Shown: positions 44,745-55,722, counted from the stretch's first letter. The stretch: 64,000 nucleotides of DNA from Wickerhamiella versatilis (GCA_030867685.1 JAQOWU010000007.1:1860001-1924000); one strand, 5' to 3'. Notes: generated from the sequence alone by a model not told the origin. Program-made: numbers and translations.

Positions 44745-45665
44745 ATGCTCCAGAAAGTAGCAAATCGCGGATTGGCCAATAAATTGACTGGAATGAGTTT
44801 CATTTTCCGTCACAGATACGCAGTTACAGGATTGGCGCTGGGAGCAGCGGCAGCCCTATACCTTACCAGGAACACTATTCCTCTTAGGGCTGAAGCATCG
44901 GGCATCCTTGACCCAGAGAAGTTCGTGAGCCTTCCCGTCCAGTCCTCAAAGTACGTCTCTCACGATACGAAGGAGATCGTCTTCAACCTCCCTGAGGACC
45001 ACACCTTGGGCGGTAGTACTGCCTTTATGGTCCTCTTTAAGCACATTGTTGATGGCAAAGCAGTCATTCGTCCTTACACCCCAGTATCGACACCAGACAC
45101 TGAGGGCCACGCCACTTTTGTGATTAAGGCTTACCCCAATGGTAAGATGTCACAGCACCTTCATTCGTTGAATGTCGGAGACAGCGCAGAGGTCAAGGGT
45201 CCTATCACGAAGTACCCCCTGTCCCCCAACCAGCACAAGCAAATTGCTCTGCTTGGTGGTGGTTCAGGTATCACCCCACTTTACCAGGTGTTGCAGGATA
45301 TCGCTAATGACCCTAAGGACAAGACCAAGGTTTCTCTGTACTTCGCCAACAAGACCCCCGATGATATTATCCTAAAGAAGGACATTGACCGTCTGGTTGC
45401 TAAGAAGCCTGATCAGCTAAGTGTCACGTACTTTGTTGATGACCCTGAGGGAGACTGGAACGGCGAGGTTGGCTACATCTCAGGGGATTTCCTTAAGAAG
45501 AACATGTTCAAGCCGTCGGATGAGAATGTCAAGGTCTTCGTGTGCGGTCCTCCGCCTATGTACAAGGCCCTTTCAGGCGGCAAGAAGAGCCCCTCTGACC
45601 AGGGTGAGTTGGACGGCGCTCTCAAGGATCTAGGCTTTACCAAGGAGCAGGTCTTCAAGTTCTAA
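44745..45665 (+). CDS. MCR1: Mitochondrial NADH-cytochrome b5 reductase
   Basis: IRPYTPVS, GKMS, GGSGITPLYQ, VCGPPPM, QGELDGALKDLG..QVFKF. Confidence 0.93.
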   Translation: MLQKVANRGLANKLTGMSFIFRHRYAVTGLALGAAAALYLTRNTIPLRAEASGILDPEKFVSLPVQSSKYVSHDTKEIVFNLPEDHTLGGSTAFMVLFKHIVDGKAVIRPYTPVSTPDTEGHATFVIKAYPNGKMSQHLHSLNVGDSAEVKGPITKYPLSPNQHKQIALLGGGSGITPLYQVLQDIANDPKDKTKVSLYFANKTPDDIILKKDIDRLVAKKPDQLSVTYFVDDPEGDWNGEVGYISGDFLKKNMFKPSDENVKVFVCGPPPMYKALSGGKKSPSDQGELDGALKDLGFTKEQVFKF

Positions 45666-45816
45666 GCACGGCAAACAAAAGGATGCAAATATAAAGTTGT
45701 GATAGAAATGGGTAAAGATAGATATAGGGATATAAACCCTCGGACAAAAGATGCTGCGTTCTTAGTGCGATACTAAACTAAACTACATCAGGACATAGAC
45801 CCAGGGTTAGGGTGAC

Positions 45817-46650
45817 ATGAGGGTGGCCGTTATCGGCTGCTGTCATGGTCTTTTGGATGCCGCCTTCGCATCAATATCGCGCCTCAATCCACCTGTGGAC
45901 CTCATAATAATGTGCGGGGACTTTCAGGCTGTGCGTGACACCGCGGATCTGGACTCTATGTCGGTCCCTCCCCGGTACCGAATGATGGGGGACTTTCCTG
46001 ACTATTTTTCAGGCAAAAAGCGGGCACCTGCCCTCACACTGGTGATAGGGGGGAACCATGAGGCTAGCCGCCATTTTGCCTCGTATCCCCGGGGGGGATG
46101 GCTCGCCCCGAACATCTGGTATCTCGGCTATGCGGGATGCGTGCAGGTACGCGGGGTTCGAATTGCTGGCATTTCGGGAATATGGCGTGCCGAGGACTAT
46201 GAAGAGCCCCATTTTGAATCGCATTTTGGGGGAGAGGAGCTCTTCTCAGCATACCATGTCCGGCGTTGTGATGTGCAGCAGCTGGTGCGTCTTGGTGCAG
46301 GCTACGTGGATATATTTGTGAGCCATGACTGGCCTGCAGGCATTGAGAGATGTGGCAATTCCGCGAAACTACTTGCCCAAAAGCCATGGTTCAAGCGTGA
46401 TTTTTATACCGGTAATCTAGGCTCACCCGCTGGTCGTGTGCTTCTGGAATCTTTGCAGCCGCCATTATGGCTTGCAGCACACCTTCACTGTCGATATGAG
46501 GCCGAATGGAAGAATAAAACTCGCTTTCTGGCCCTCGATAAAGTAGGACCGAAGCGCAAATTTCTCGAGGTCATAGATGTCCCAGACAAATCCCCAGCTG
46601 GCTTTCAGCTCGACCCGGTGTGGCAAAATATCGTGATGGAGAATGGATAA
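45817..46650 (+). CDS. DBR1: RNA lariat debranching enzyme
   Basis: GCCHG, CGDFQAVR, IGGNHEAS, YHVR, SHDWP, AAHLH, TRFLALDK. Confidence 0.95.
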   Translation: MRVAVIGCCHGLLDAAFASISRLNPPVDLIIMCGDFQAVRDTADLDSMSVPPRYRMMGDFPDYFSGKKRAPALTLVIGGNHEASRHFASYPRGGWLAPNIWYLGYAGCVQVRGVRIAGISGIWRAEDYEEPHFESHFGGEELFSAYHVRRCDVQQLVRLGAGYVDIFVSHDWPAGIERCGNSAKLLAQKPWFKRDFYTGNLGSPAGRVLLESLQPPLWLAAHLHCRYEAEWKNKTRFLALDKVGPKRKFLEVIDVPDKSPAGFQLDPVWQNIVMENG

Positions 46651-46732
46651 TATTATCATAGAATAACATCCCTCATCTCATCTCATCTCGGTGTATATTG
46701 ACTTATATTATTATATTTAGAGTACATAGACT

Positions 46733-47185
46733 TCAGATAGAAATTGGAGACGGTGGTGATACGGGTTCTGCCGGCAAACTGGTCGCCGGACGGGATCGCG
46801 GGGAGGATTGAGCTGCAACAGGTGGCCATTCATTCTCCAATGGCACATGTTTAGGGCGTACGTAACTGGCATAGGGCACGTAGAGTGGTATTAGACATAG
46901 CCACACCATGAATGCTAAGGCACTAAGGGCAATGATCAAGGGGGCAACCATGAATAGAGCTCCAGTAGACACTAAGATAGCGGCACCCAAAAGACCAAAG
47001 CTCCCCATAATGACCGTGATGGTCATAGGCCACGTGAAGGTGAGCCATAGTAGCAAAAACAGTAAACCTAGAGGGTGACGCGCCAGGGTGGTACTAAGAC
47101 TTTGAAATATCTGCTTGCCCGCCACATAGAGAGCGATTATAGCTCCTTCAGCATATCCTCGAGCGGTAACGAGTGCAGAGGACAT
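46733..47185 (-). CDS. Small hydrophobic hairpin protein, promethin/Ldo16-like lipid-droplet organiser (tentative)
   Basis: Continuous hydrophobic stretch of about 70 aa after HPLGLLFLLLW, then a Pro/Ser-rich tail. ATG at 47185. Confidence 0.5.
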   Translation of the reverse strand: MSSALVTARGYAEGAIIALYVAGKQIFQSLSTTLARHPLGLLFLLLWLTFTWPMTITVIMGSFGLLGAAILVSTGALFMVAPLIIALSALAFMVWLCLIPLYVPYASYVRPKHVPLENEWPPVAAQSSPRSRPATSLPAEPVSPPSPISI

Positions 47186-47447
47186 GAGGTGTCGAGTTCC
47201 CAAGTCGCGAGTGTTGTTTTGTTTTTGCGACACAGGTCCGGACCCACCATCCACGCATGGCTCACCCTTCCCCTCCTTTTCAGGGTCAGATCAGATCAAT
47301 TTAGGGATGCAGCCGCCATTTTAAAAGACAAGCACAACGAAAAATAGGCAGCAACAGCAGAACCAACACAACACCCAAGTTCTAGCATCCTGGCATTCAT
47401 ACCTACACTATATCTCTCTATATGACATCTACTTATGTTAAACATGC

Positions 47448-49373
47448 TTAGTAGACACGCTTTCCTGGCGGAACAGTCTTGCACTCCTCCTCGTCGAGAG
47501 TCTCGGTAATGACATGGCGGAATTTAAGCTCGACCTTGTCACCAGACTTCTGCTGGTAGGACAGGGTGTGCTTAGACCAGTTCACGTCATCTCTCTCGGG
47601 GAAGTCCTCACGTGCGTGGGCACCACGAGATTCTTGACGAGCGGCAGCGGAATGAGCAGTCTGCGAAGCACAGGTAAGAAGGTTCTGCAACTCAAGCGAC
47701 TCAGTAAGGTCGGTGTTCCAAATCATTGATCTGTCGGTTGTGCGGAGGTCCTTAAGGGAGTTGTCAACACGCTCGATTTCCTTGACACCATTATCAAGTG
47801 ATTCCTGCATACGGAAAACGGCCACATCCTTCTGCATAACAGCCTGCATGTCCGCCCGGATCTCCGCAGTGCTGCGGCTACCGTTGGCATTACGGACTGC
47901 ATCGAGATTCTCAATGGATCCGAGACCAATGTCCTCAGGAGAAGGCTTCTGGGGTTGACCCGGGGACTGGGTATCGCGGATGTGATGCGAGATACCACGG
48001 CCAAACACAATAAGATCCAGGAGCGAGTTGGCACCTAGACGGTTCGCACCGTGCACACTGGAGCATGATGCCTCACCGCAAGAGTACAAACCTGGCACAA
48101 TCTGGTCTTCGCCCTTTTCGTCCAACTTTATGACCTCTCCGAGGTAATTGGTGGGGATACCACCCATATTATAGTGGACGGTAGGGATCACAGGAATAGG
48201 CTCCTTGGTTACGTCGACACCGGCAAAGATAGAAGCAGTCTCACTGATACCTGGAAGACGCAATTGCAAGGTCTCAGCGGGCAGGTGAGACAATTGGAGG
48301 AAAATATGGTCCTTCTTGGGGCCAACACCACGGCCTTCCCGGATCTCCATGGTCATTGCACGGGCGACAACATCACGAGATGCAAGGTCCTTTGCAGTTG
48401 GTGCATAGCGCTCCATGAAACGCTCACCCTCCGAGTTGACGAGGAAGCCACCCTCACCACGGCAGCCCTCGGTAATCAGACATCCAGCACCATAGATACC
48501 GGTGGGGTGGAATTGCACGAACTCGAGATCCTGGAGAGGAAGTCCAGCACGGGCAACCATTGCATTACCGTCACCAGTGCAGGTGTGTGCACTGGTTGCG
48601 GAGAAGTACGCACGGCCGAAGCCACCGGTAGCGATCACAGTGTTGTTGGCGAAGAACCGATGGATGGTACCGTCTTCCATGTTATAGGCAATGATACCAC
48701 GGCACTCACCGTCCACCATCAACAGATCGAGAGCGAAGAATTCAATGAAGAACTGGGTATTGTGACGCAAACTCTGGCCGTACAAGGTGTGGAGCATCGA
48801 GTGCCCGGTACGGTCAGCCACACAGCATGTTCGGTAGGCCTGGCCACCCTTACCGTAGTCGTAGGACTGGCCACCAAATGCACGCTGATAAATACGACCC
48901 TCTTCGGTACGCGAGAATGGCACGCCGAAGTGCTCAAGTTCAATGACACTATGGGGAGCCTCCCGTGTCATGTAGTGGATAGCGTCCTGGTCACCCAACC
49001 AGTCAGAACCCTTGACAGTGTCATACATGTGCCATTTCCAGTTGTCTGGATGCACAGAACCGATAGCTGCGTTGATACCACCCTGAGCGGCCACGGTGTG
49101 CGACCGGGTTGGAAACAGCTTGGTAACGCATGCCGTAGAAAATCCAGCCTCTGCCAGTCCAAAAGCAGCGCGCAAGCCGGCTCCACCTGCACCCACAACA
49201 ACAGCATCATATTCATGGTCGATCACATGATATTTTTCGCTAAGAGCTTTTGATGCATCCTTGCCCTTTGGTACATCTTGAGAAACAACCTTTCGTGCTG
49301 CCGCTGTCACGGAGAACGCACGTCCTAGGCCGCTATGAAAGCGGATCCAAGGAACGCTCTGAAGCCTGAGCAT
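47448..49373 (-). CDS. SDH1: Succinate dehydrogenase flavoprotein subunit
   Basis: [54 protein letters not shown]. Confidence 0.98.
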   Translation of the reverse strand: MLRLQSVPWIRFHSGLGRAFSVTAAARKVVSQDVPKGKDASKALSEKYHVIDHEYDAVVVGAGGAGLRAAFGLAEAGFSTACVTKLFPTRSHTVAAQGGINAAIGSVHPDNWKWHMYDTVKGSDWLGDQDAIHYMTREAPHSVIELEHFGVPFSRTEEGRIYQRAFGGQSYDYGKGGQAYRTCCVADRTGHSMLHTLYGQSLRHNTQFFIEFFALDLLMVDGECRGIIAYNMEDGTIHRFFANNTVIATGGFGRAYFSATSAHTCTGDGNAMVARAGLPLQDLEFVQFHPTGIYGAGCLITEGCRGEGGFLVNSEGERFMERYAPTAKDLASRDVVARAMTMEIREGRGVGPKKDHIFLQLSHLPAETLQLRLPGISETASIFAGVDVTKEPIPVIPTVHYNMGGIPTNYLGEVIKLDEKGEDQIVPGLYSCGEASCSSVHGANRLGANSLLDLIVFGRGISHHIRDTQSPGQPQKPSPEDIGLGSIENLDAVRNANGSRSTAEIRADMQAVMQKDVAVFRMQESLDNGVKEIERVDNSLKDLRTTDRSMIWNTDLTESLELQNLLTCASQTAHSAAARQESRGAHAREDFPERDDVNWSKHTLSYQQKSGDKVELKFRHVITETLDEEECKTVPPGKRVY

Positions 49374-49805
49374 TGACAAAATGGGAGAGATACTATTGGT
49401 AGGTTAAGGGGCATGTTCCGCTCTCACTAATAAATTACAAATCAACCGCCGTCCGCTTACTCACATTTACTCGGAGAAGACAGTAAGTGGCAGTGGTGGA
49501 CCATTAAAGAAATTCTAGGCATGTAAATAATAGTAAGTCGGTCGTGGGACTCTGAATATCGTCTTAATTACCTGTTATTAGGCCTCACTCAGGCCAAAAA
49601 CTGCGACATTAATACTTTATACCCGAGACAGATTTAGTGACGGTGTGGTTGTAGGCACATATTTTATCATATCAGGCTAGCAACATATGATTGAGTTTAA
49701 GATGGCAATGCAGCCGCTATTTAAGTTTTAGAACCTATCAGTGAAGTCTGCGTCGTCAACCGTGGAAAGGCATCTCGCCAAAAAAATCACATAAGCTGCT
49801 GTGTG

Positions 49806-50339
49806 ATGTTCACCCTGGCGAGGGTCGAGGATACGATTAGGCTCGACCCGAGCGCCCTGGAGTACCGTGGACCACAGCATTTGGCTTTAGAGCAGGAAAT
49901 CAATCGCAAATATGCCAACCATATTCTCCCAGATGTTGGTCTTTGCATAGCGCTTTACGACGTTCAGAAAGCCAGCGACGGCATGCTCCAGCCTGGGGAT
50001 GGCGGAGTGTATGTGAAATGTAAGTTTCGCATGCTGGTGTTTGCCCCCTTTGACGGCGAGATCTTGGTGGGGTGGATTTCCAGCTGTACATCTGAGGGAA
50101 TAAATGTACGCATGGAGTTTTTTGACGACGTGCACATACCCAAGTCAATGCTTTTCGAAGGCTGCGAGTTCGTGGCAAAGGAACAGGCCTGGGTGTGGAA
50201 AACCAGCGATTACGAGTTGTTTTTGGATACTAATGAAAAGATACGATTTCGTGTGGAAGGACGCAAATTTAGCAAGAGCGGCCTGCAAATAATCGGGAGC
50301 TGCCAGGTGGATGGTATGGGCCTACTCTCTTGGTGGTGA
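49806..50339 (+). CDS. RPC25: RNA polymerase III subunit C25
   Basis: INRKYAN..VGLCIALYD, FRMLVFAPFDGEILVG, FFDDVHIP, GMGLLSWW. Confidence 0.93.
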   Translation: MFTLARVEDTIRLDPSALEYRGPQHLALEQEINRKYANHILPDVGLCIALYDVQKASDGMLQPGDGGVYVKCKFRMLVFAPFDGEILVGWISSCTSEGINVRMEFFDDVHIPKSMLFEGCEFVAKEQAWVWKTSDYELFLDTNEKIRFRVEGRKFSKSGLQIIGSCQVDGMGLLSWW

Positions 50340-50391
50340 GGAAAAAACAATTTTTTTAATGATATAGGTAGCTATACGCCGGTCCTGCGGC

Positions 50392-51702
50392 CTAGTTATA
50401 TTGCATATATTGCGAGGTAGAGGAAAATTTGAGGTTCCCTTTGATAACCTTGTCAACTGCGGCCAGAAAGTCCTTTTCCGTGGCCATCTTCCGGCGGGCC
50501 CGGATGGCAAACATTCCCGCCTCGGTACAAACCGATCGCAACTCTGCACCAGTGGAATTAGGGCAGAGTCTCGAAATAAGCTCCCATCGAATGTCCCGCT
50601 CAACGCTCATAGACTTGGAGTGAATGCGGAAGATGTTCGCACGGCCATCAACGTCAGGTAAGGAGAATTCGACCTTTCGGTCGATACGACCCGGGCGGAG
50701 CAGCGCAGGGTCAAGAGTATTAGGCCTGTTAGTGGCAAACATGACCTTGATGTTGCCCCGAGGGTCAAACCCATCTAGTTGAGTGATCAATTCCAACATT
50801 GTTCGCTGAACTTCGTTGTCACCACCCGCACCGTCATCAAACCGGGCGCCTCCTATGGCATCAATCTCATCGAAAAAGATAATGCAGGCCTTCTTCGTAC
50901 GAGCCATCTCAAACAGCTCCCGGACCATTCGAGCACCTTCACCAACGTACTTCTGCACCAGCTCACTTCCAATGACCCGAATGAATGTCGCATCCGTACG
51001 GTTAGCCACCGCCCGGGCCAAAAGAGTCTTACCAGTTCCAGGGGGGCCATAGAGAAGGATACCCTTTGGTGGATCAATACCAAGGCTGGCAAAGCGTTCG
51101 GGACTTAGCAGCGGGAGTTCGACGACCTCCCTCAGTTTTTCGATTTGCTCCTTAGAACCTCCCACATCTCCATATGTAATGTCTGGCTTCTCCTCAACGG
51201 TCATCATGGTGACACTGGGGTCAATGCGTGGTGGGAGGGGCAGCATGATTCGATACTTATTGCGCTCTACACCTACTCGCATACCCTCCTCGATATCTGT
51301 AGGGGACACACGGTCTCCGAGAGCGACAACAAACTTCGCAATCTGCTTGATGTCAATACAATAGCTTGCCTTGTCGGGATCCTCCTCGTCCTGTATGATC
51401 TTGGTGCACCGCGCCACTTGAAGCGGGAGGTCCTGCTGAATGCGCTGCTTGTCAGCCATGAGATCCCACTGCGATGGTGGTGCCAATCCTGTATCGCTTT
51501 CCGTTATTCCCACCTTCTCGCTTATCTGTTTCTCAAGTTGTTGGATGTCCTTCTCGATAGATTTAAGCGTCGACTGATATGGAGCCGCTCCATATGTCTT
51601 TAAAACATCGATATCACCCTCACTGAGAGGAACTATCTCCTTCTCCTCTTCTTTTTTACCTTCGGCAGGCTGATACTTCTCCCAGTCGGCCTTAGGGGGC
51701 AT
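50392..51702 (-). CDS. RPT1: 26S proteasome AAA-ATPase Rpt1
   Basis: [28 protein letters not shown]-terminal [11 protein letters not shown]. Confidence 0.97.
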   Translation of the reverse strand: MPPKADWEKYQPAEGKKEEEKEIVPLSEGDIDVLKTYGAAPYQSTLKSIEKDIQQLEKQISEKVGITESDTGLAPPSQWDLMADKQRIQQDLPLQVARCTKIIQDEEDPDKASYCIDIKQIAKFVVALGDRVSPTDIEEGMRVGVERNKYRIMLPLPPRIDPSVTMMTVEEKPDITYGDVGGSKEQIEKLREVVELPLLSPERFASLGIDPPKGILLYGPPGTGKTLLARAVANRTDATFIRVIGSELVQKYVGEGARMVRELFEMARTKKACIIFFDEIDAIGGARFDDGAGGDNEVQRTMLELITQLDGFDPRGNIKVMFATNRPNTLDPALLRPGRIDRKVEFSLPDVDGRANIFRIHSKSMSVERDIRWELISRLCPNSTGAELRSVCTEAGMFAIRARRKMATEKDFLAAVDKVIKGNLKFSSTSQYMQYN

Positions 51703-51926
51703 GTGGCGTGTGTGAGAGTGCTTACGTCACCCAATTGCTGGCAAGTACTAGCAAGAAAAGGGCTTCCTATTCATTGTAAAAGATGTTTAACTATTCAAGG
51801 AAACAGTTGGACTATAGTAAAGGAAAAAAAAACTATTGCAAGAATCCTGATGTTGATGGAATCCACAACTGTTTGTACGAATTTATGGTTCTATAGTTCC
51901 AGAAAGGCCAAAGTACCAGCTCTTAA

Positions 51927-51998
51927 TCCGTTATAGTCTAGTGGCTAGGACGTCACGCTCTCACCGTGAAGGCCTGGGTTCAATTCCCAGTAACGGAG
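51927..51998 (+). tRNA. tRNA-Glu(CTC), copy 1
   Basis: Acceptor stem TCCGTTA/TAACGGA, anticodon arm TCACG-CTCTCAC-CGTGA, T arm CTGGG-TTCAATT-CCCAG, downstream T-run. Confidence 0.96.
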
Positions 51999-52076
51999 TT
52001 ACTAACTTTTTTTTTCACATTCTCTCAAGAGAGGTAGTGGATTTATATGCACAAACTTTAGGGTAAGTATAAGAAA

Positions 52077-52148
52077 TCCGTTATAGTCTAGTGGCTAGGA
52101 CGTCACGCTCTCACCGTGAAGGCCTGGGTTCAATTCCCAGTAACGGAG
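52077..52148 (+). tRNA. tRNA-Glu(CTC), copy 2 (identical)
   Basis: Identical 72-nt sequence 150 bp downstream with its own T-run. Confidence 0.96.
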
Positions 52149-52367
52149 TATTACTATTACTTTTTCCTCAGCCCGAGAAAAGTACTACATCATTTTTTTT
52201 CTTTAAATTGGGGTTTGGAGTACTTGTTTATACCTATATTATTAGTCTAAAGGTATATTATCAGCAGGCAGGCAATTAAAACGTTTATTTTTTCAACTAC
52301 ACACCTAATCTACAGGAAGTTCGGTAATCTAGCAATAGCTTGCTGACAAGTTGACAACATATAAGAT

Positions 52368-53048
52368 ATGCCGAAACCTGTGATTGCGCCCTCAATTTTG
52401 AGCGGAGACTTTAGCGAGATGGCCGTGGACTGGAAAAAAATGGTCGACAACGGGGCCGATTGGTTGCATATTGATGTCATGGATGGTCACTTCGTGCCGA
52501 ACCTGACACTAGGTCCCCCTATTGTGAAGGCAGTAAGACGCAAGATTCCTAAAGGTGAAGCATTTTTTGACTGTCATATGATGGTTCAAAACCCACAGCA
52601 GTGGATCAAACCAATGGCGGATGCAGGCTGCGACCAGTATACTTTCCACTATGAAGCGGATGGTGACCGTGCTCAAACAATCAGCCAGATCAAGGCTGAG
52701 GGGATGAGAGTTGGCCTTGCAATTAAACCAGGAACCCCTGCCGAGGCTATCTACCCTTATCTTGACGATGTTGATATGATTCTTGTTATGACTGTTGAGC
52801 CCGGGTTCGGCGGACAAAAGTTCATGCCTGACATGATGCCAAAGGTTGAGGACATTCGCAAGAGAAAGCCGGAGTTAGACATTCAGGTTGACGGTGGATT
52901 AGGCAAGGACAATGTGGGATGCGCAGCTTGTGCTGGAGCAAACGTAATTGTAGCTGGGACCGGCATATACAAGGCAGAGGACCCTAAATCAATGGTAACA
53001 TTGCTGCGCAATGCAGTTTCCAAGGCATTTGCCGAGAAAGGCCACTAA
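52368..53048 (+). CDS. RPE1: Ribulose-5-phosphate 3-epimerase
   Basis: IAPSIL, HIDVMDGHFVPNLTLG, MTVEPGFGGQKF, QVDGG. Confidence 0.97.
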   Translation: MPKPVIAPSILSGDFSEMAVDWKKMVDNGADWLHIDVMDGHFVPNLTLGPPIVKAVRRKIPKGEAFFDCHMMVQNPQQWIKPMADAGCDQYTFHYEADGDRAQTISQIKAEGMRVGLAIKPGTPAEAIYPYLDDVDMILVMTVEPGFGGQKFMPDMMPKVEDIRKRKPELDIQVDGGLGKDNVGCAACAGANVIVAGTGIYKAEDPKSMVTLLRNAVSKAFAEKGH

Positions 53049-53239
53049 AATAGTAGTGCTCCACCGCGGAGTGGTAAAATGCTGAAACTCTGGTGGTGGT
53101 ACCTAATATAGGGAATAAAAGGACCACTAGGTAAGACTAATTAAGATCGGTTCTCTTTTAGGCTCATTCTCGTATAATAAGGGTTGATTCTACTTTACCT
53201 ATATAGCATTTCTGATTTTGCAGTGTGTCAGCAGTATCA

Positions 53240-55456
53240 ATGTTAAATGTGCTTCGGAGAAGCACCTGCCGGCTGGTTCGGCTTGGTGTACGTCTCCAAA
53301 GCACAACTGCCCCTGTTGTAAAGCCTCTTCATCAGATTCTTGCTGAGATGGCCGCTAGAAAGCCACAAGGAGATGTTAAGCGGTCTGCAACAGGTCCCCT
53401 TCTTCATGCGAAAATGGCAAACGATGACCTCTTTTCTCCCATTCAGTTGGGGGATATTGTTCTAGTAGGGTTGAATCCTTTTGTTGTAGTTGGGGTGCCT
53501 TCTGCTCTTGGTGAACCGCTAGTTGTGGCCGATGCAGGTGGTTCGGTCCGAGAAGTCCCAATTCCCGCAATAGAGGCACGTCTAGGACGCTTTTGCCAGA
53601 TGAAGAAACTTGGTGATACTCCAATATTTGCAGATCCCGTGCTCAAGCGATCGTTGAGTCACGAAATGTATGCCCGGGTCTCGGGACCGCTCCGGCGATT
53701 TTATACGCAGGCTTCCAAAATGAGTTCGAGAATTCTTCCCAGGGTCAGGCAGTTACTGTGTGACTATCAGAAGTATGATAGAGCTTCTACATTACCATAT
53801 ATCGACTTTGTTGCCAAAGTATGTAGCCATGAACTTGGCAGCGAGATTCCGATAAGAGATTTCTATGCTGTGCGTCTCGCTATGGAGCACTATAAATGTT
53901 CGAGCAAGTATCTTCTCGAATTTCATTACTTCTCTCGATATACCCTTACCGTACTTCCTCTTTGTACAGAACAACGCAATCTTTCTATCATGATGGCATC
54001 TGAACCGCTGACGGACAGGAAAGAGGTTCAGAAATTTTTCAAGGACTACGCTGTGGGAAATATGCGTGGAATGGGGAACACAGAGGTGGAAGGATGTGCA
54101 ATTGAGTTGCTACGTCGATTACCGTATTTTCAGAATCTTAATATCGAAGAGTCAATAGCCGCTGAGCGTGCTATTGAGAACTGGGGTGATAATCCTCCGG
54201 GCTTGCAAGCTTATGCCTATGAGTGGTTCACAAAGGATACGTTACCGAATTTTGAAATAGGAACTGATCGCCTTTCAGGTGTACGAGCGGACTTTGAAGA
54301 TCCTGTATATTGCATTGATGATGCCGACGCAAAGGAAATCGATGACGGCATTTCATTTCGGGAATTATCCTCTGAGGTGGCTCAGGTTGGTATTCACGTT
54401 GCTGACCCTACATCTTTTTTTGAAGCTGGCGAGGTTTTACCAACCCTGAGAGGCAGGCCCACCTCTGTATACCTTAATGATATGGTATCTAGAATGTGGC
54501 CTGAACAAGTTTCTCAAAAATGTGGGCTCATTGAGGGCGGGAACCCTCCGGCAATATCTGTCCTTTGCGACATTAATATGCATACTGGGGAAGTGAGAAG
54601 GACTCGTATCGCGGCCCACCGACTTAAAAACGTTAAGCAAATGAATCCGGAACAGATTACACCACTTCTTGATGACACTCACAGTATTTTTCGAAAATTG
54701 GCGCAACTCGCGAATATCTTGGCAAAATCCAGACTAGTGGATGGCGGAGCTTTCACACTTAGAACGAATGAAGAGCCAACACTGGATACTCTGAACAGCA
54801 AAAGATTGGTGGCAGAAATGATGATAATGGCCAATCGGACAATAGGCTCCTATTGCCTAAAAAACCGAATCCCAACGATATACCGCTCTCAGATGCTGCA
54901 ATTTTGGTCGCCAGAGCAGCGCGAAGAATTTTATGATGATATAAAGAAAAATAATGGTGTCGCAGGCTTTCGTTGGAGAGAAGCACTGCAACGTTCCATA
55001 CCTACTGTCCGCGTAATGCCACATGCTGGACTGGGAATCCCATTGTACACACGGTTCACAAGTCCTCTTCGTCGGCTCGAAGATACCCTGGTGCATTTTC
55101 AACTAGTAGCTCATTTGGCTAAGCAAAAACTCCCTTTCAAAATGCGAGATATTAATGCCGAGTTACCGTGGATCACCTGCGCTCAAGTGACTGCACGAGA
55201 GGGAGAGCGGGTTTCCAGGAGATTCGCCACGCTTCGTCATATGGAACTAAATATAAACAAAAAGGATCCCATATTTGGCATATTTGCTGTACCTGGTGAT
55301 GATGCTGTGGCAGCGCAAGTTTACCTACCAAAATATGATCTAATGGCGTCTTTTAGTGGTGAGCAACAGTCAGTGGTAGTAGACTCGCAATCCTACTTCC
55401 AAATAGTAGGCATCAGCTCCGTTGGCGATCGTATTGATGTAAAACTTTGTACATAG
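53240..55456 (+). CDS. DSS1: Mitochondrial degradosome RNase II-family exoribonuclease
   Basis: Presequence; YCIDDADAKEIDDGIS, IHVADP, LVAEMMIMAN, HAGLG..YTRFTSPLRR. Confidence 0.88.
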   Translation: MLNVLRRSTCRLVRLGVRLQSTTAPVVKPLHQILAEMAARKPQGDVKRSATGPLLHAKMANDDLFSPIQLGDIVLVGLNPFVVVGVPSALGEPLVVADAGGSVREVPIPAIEARLGRFCQMKKLGDTPIFADPVLKRSLSHEMYARVSGPLRRFYTQASKMSSRILPRVRQLLCDYQKYDRASTLPYIDFVAKVCSHELGSEIPIRDFYAVRLAMEHYKCSSKYLLEFHYFSRYTLTVLPLCTEQRNLSIMMASEPLTDRKEVQKFFKDYAVGNMRGMGNTEVEGCAIELLRRLPYFQNLNIEESIAAERAIENWGDNPPGLQAYAYEWFTKDTLPNFEIGTDRLSGVRADFEDPVYCIDDADAKEIDDGISFRELSSEVAQVGIHVADPTSFFEAGEVLPTLRGRPTSVYLNDMVSRMWPEQVSQKCGLIEGGNPPAISVLCDINMHTGEVRRTRIAAHRLKNVKQMNPEQITPLLDDTHSIFRKLAQLANILAKSRLVDGGAFTLRTNEEPTLDTLNSKRLVAEMMIMANRTIGSYCLKNRIPTIYRSQMLQFWSPEQREEFYDDIKKNNGVAGFRWREALQRSIPTVRVMPHAGLGIPLYTRFTSPLRRLEDTLVHFQLVAHLAKQKLPFKMRDINAELPWITCAQVTAREGERVSRRFATLRHMELNINKKDPIFGIFAVPGDDAVAAQVYLPKYDLMASFSGEQQSVVVDSQSYFQIVGISSVGDRIDVKLCT

Positions 55457-55544
55457 AATATTGTTTGAAATCTTATTTTTTATATTGAAAAGGAAAAGGA
55501 TTTAACTATATAGATATGGTATTTCCACCTATATACAACAAGAA

Positions 55545-55615
55545 GCATTGGTGGTTTAGTGGTAAAATTGGTCGTTGCCATCGACTAGCCCCCGGTTCGA
55601 TTCCGGGTCAATGCA
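55545..55615 (+). tRNA. tRNA-Gly(GCC)
   Basis: Acceptor stem GCATTGG/TCAATGC, anticodon arm GGTCG-TTGCCAT-CGACT, T arm CCCGG-TTCGATT-CCGGG, T-run terminator. Confidence 0.96.
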
Positions 55616-55722
55616 TTTTTCTTTTTTGTCTTTTTCAAATTGAAAGTTGTATAATTTTTGCTTTTAATTGTCGTTATAAAGAATATAACTATGAATTAGG
55701 CCCTAATGTTGTTTTTTTTGGA

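Noticed and set aside
21569-45812. TTAGGG/CCCTAA motifs in promoters (21569, 36997, 40556, 45807; also 1467) as Tbf1 sites or a telomerase template
   Set aside because: Hexamers are expected by chance at this frequency, and no telomerase-RNA structure could be supported without computation.
30868-46690. Microsatellites: (ATATGG)3 near 30868, CATA run near 43425, (CTCAT)3 near 46672
   Set aside because: Ordinary short simple repeats with no spacer structure; not a CRISPR array.
48174-49253. 359-aa antisense ORF over SDH1
   Set aside because: Shadow ORF arising from the biased codon usage of a highly expressed gene; no recognisable motifs.
10036-50339. Several transcription-machinery genes (RPA14, TAF11, RPO31, IWR1, RPC25) in one window
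   Set aside because: Spread over 40 kb among unrelated genes; compatible with chance.
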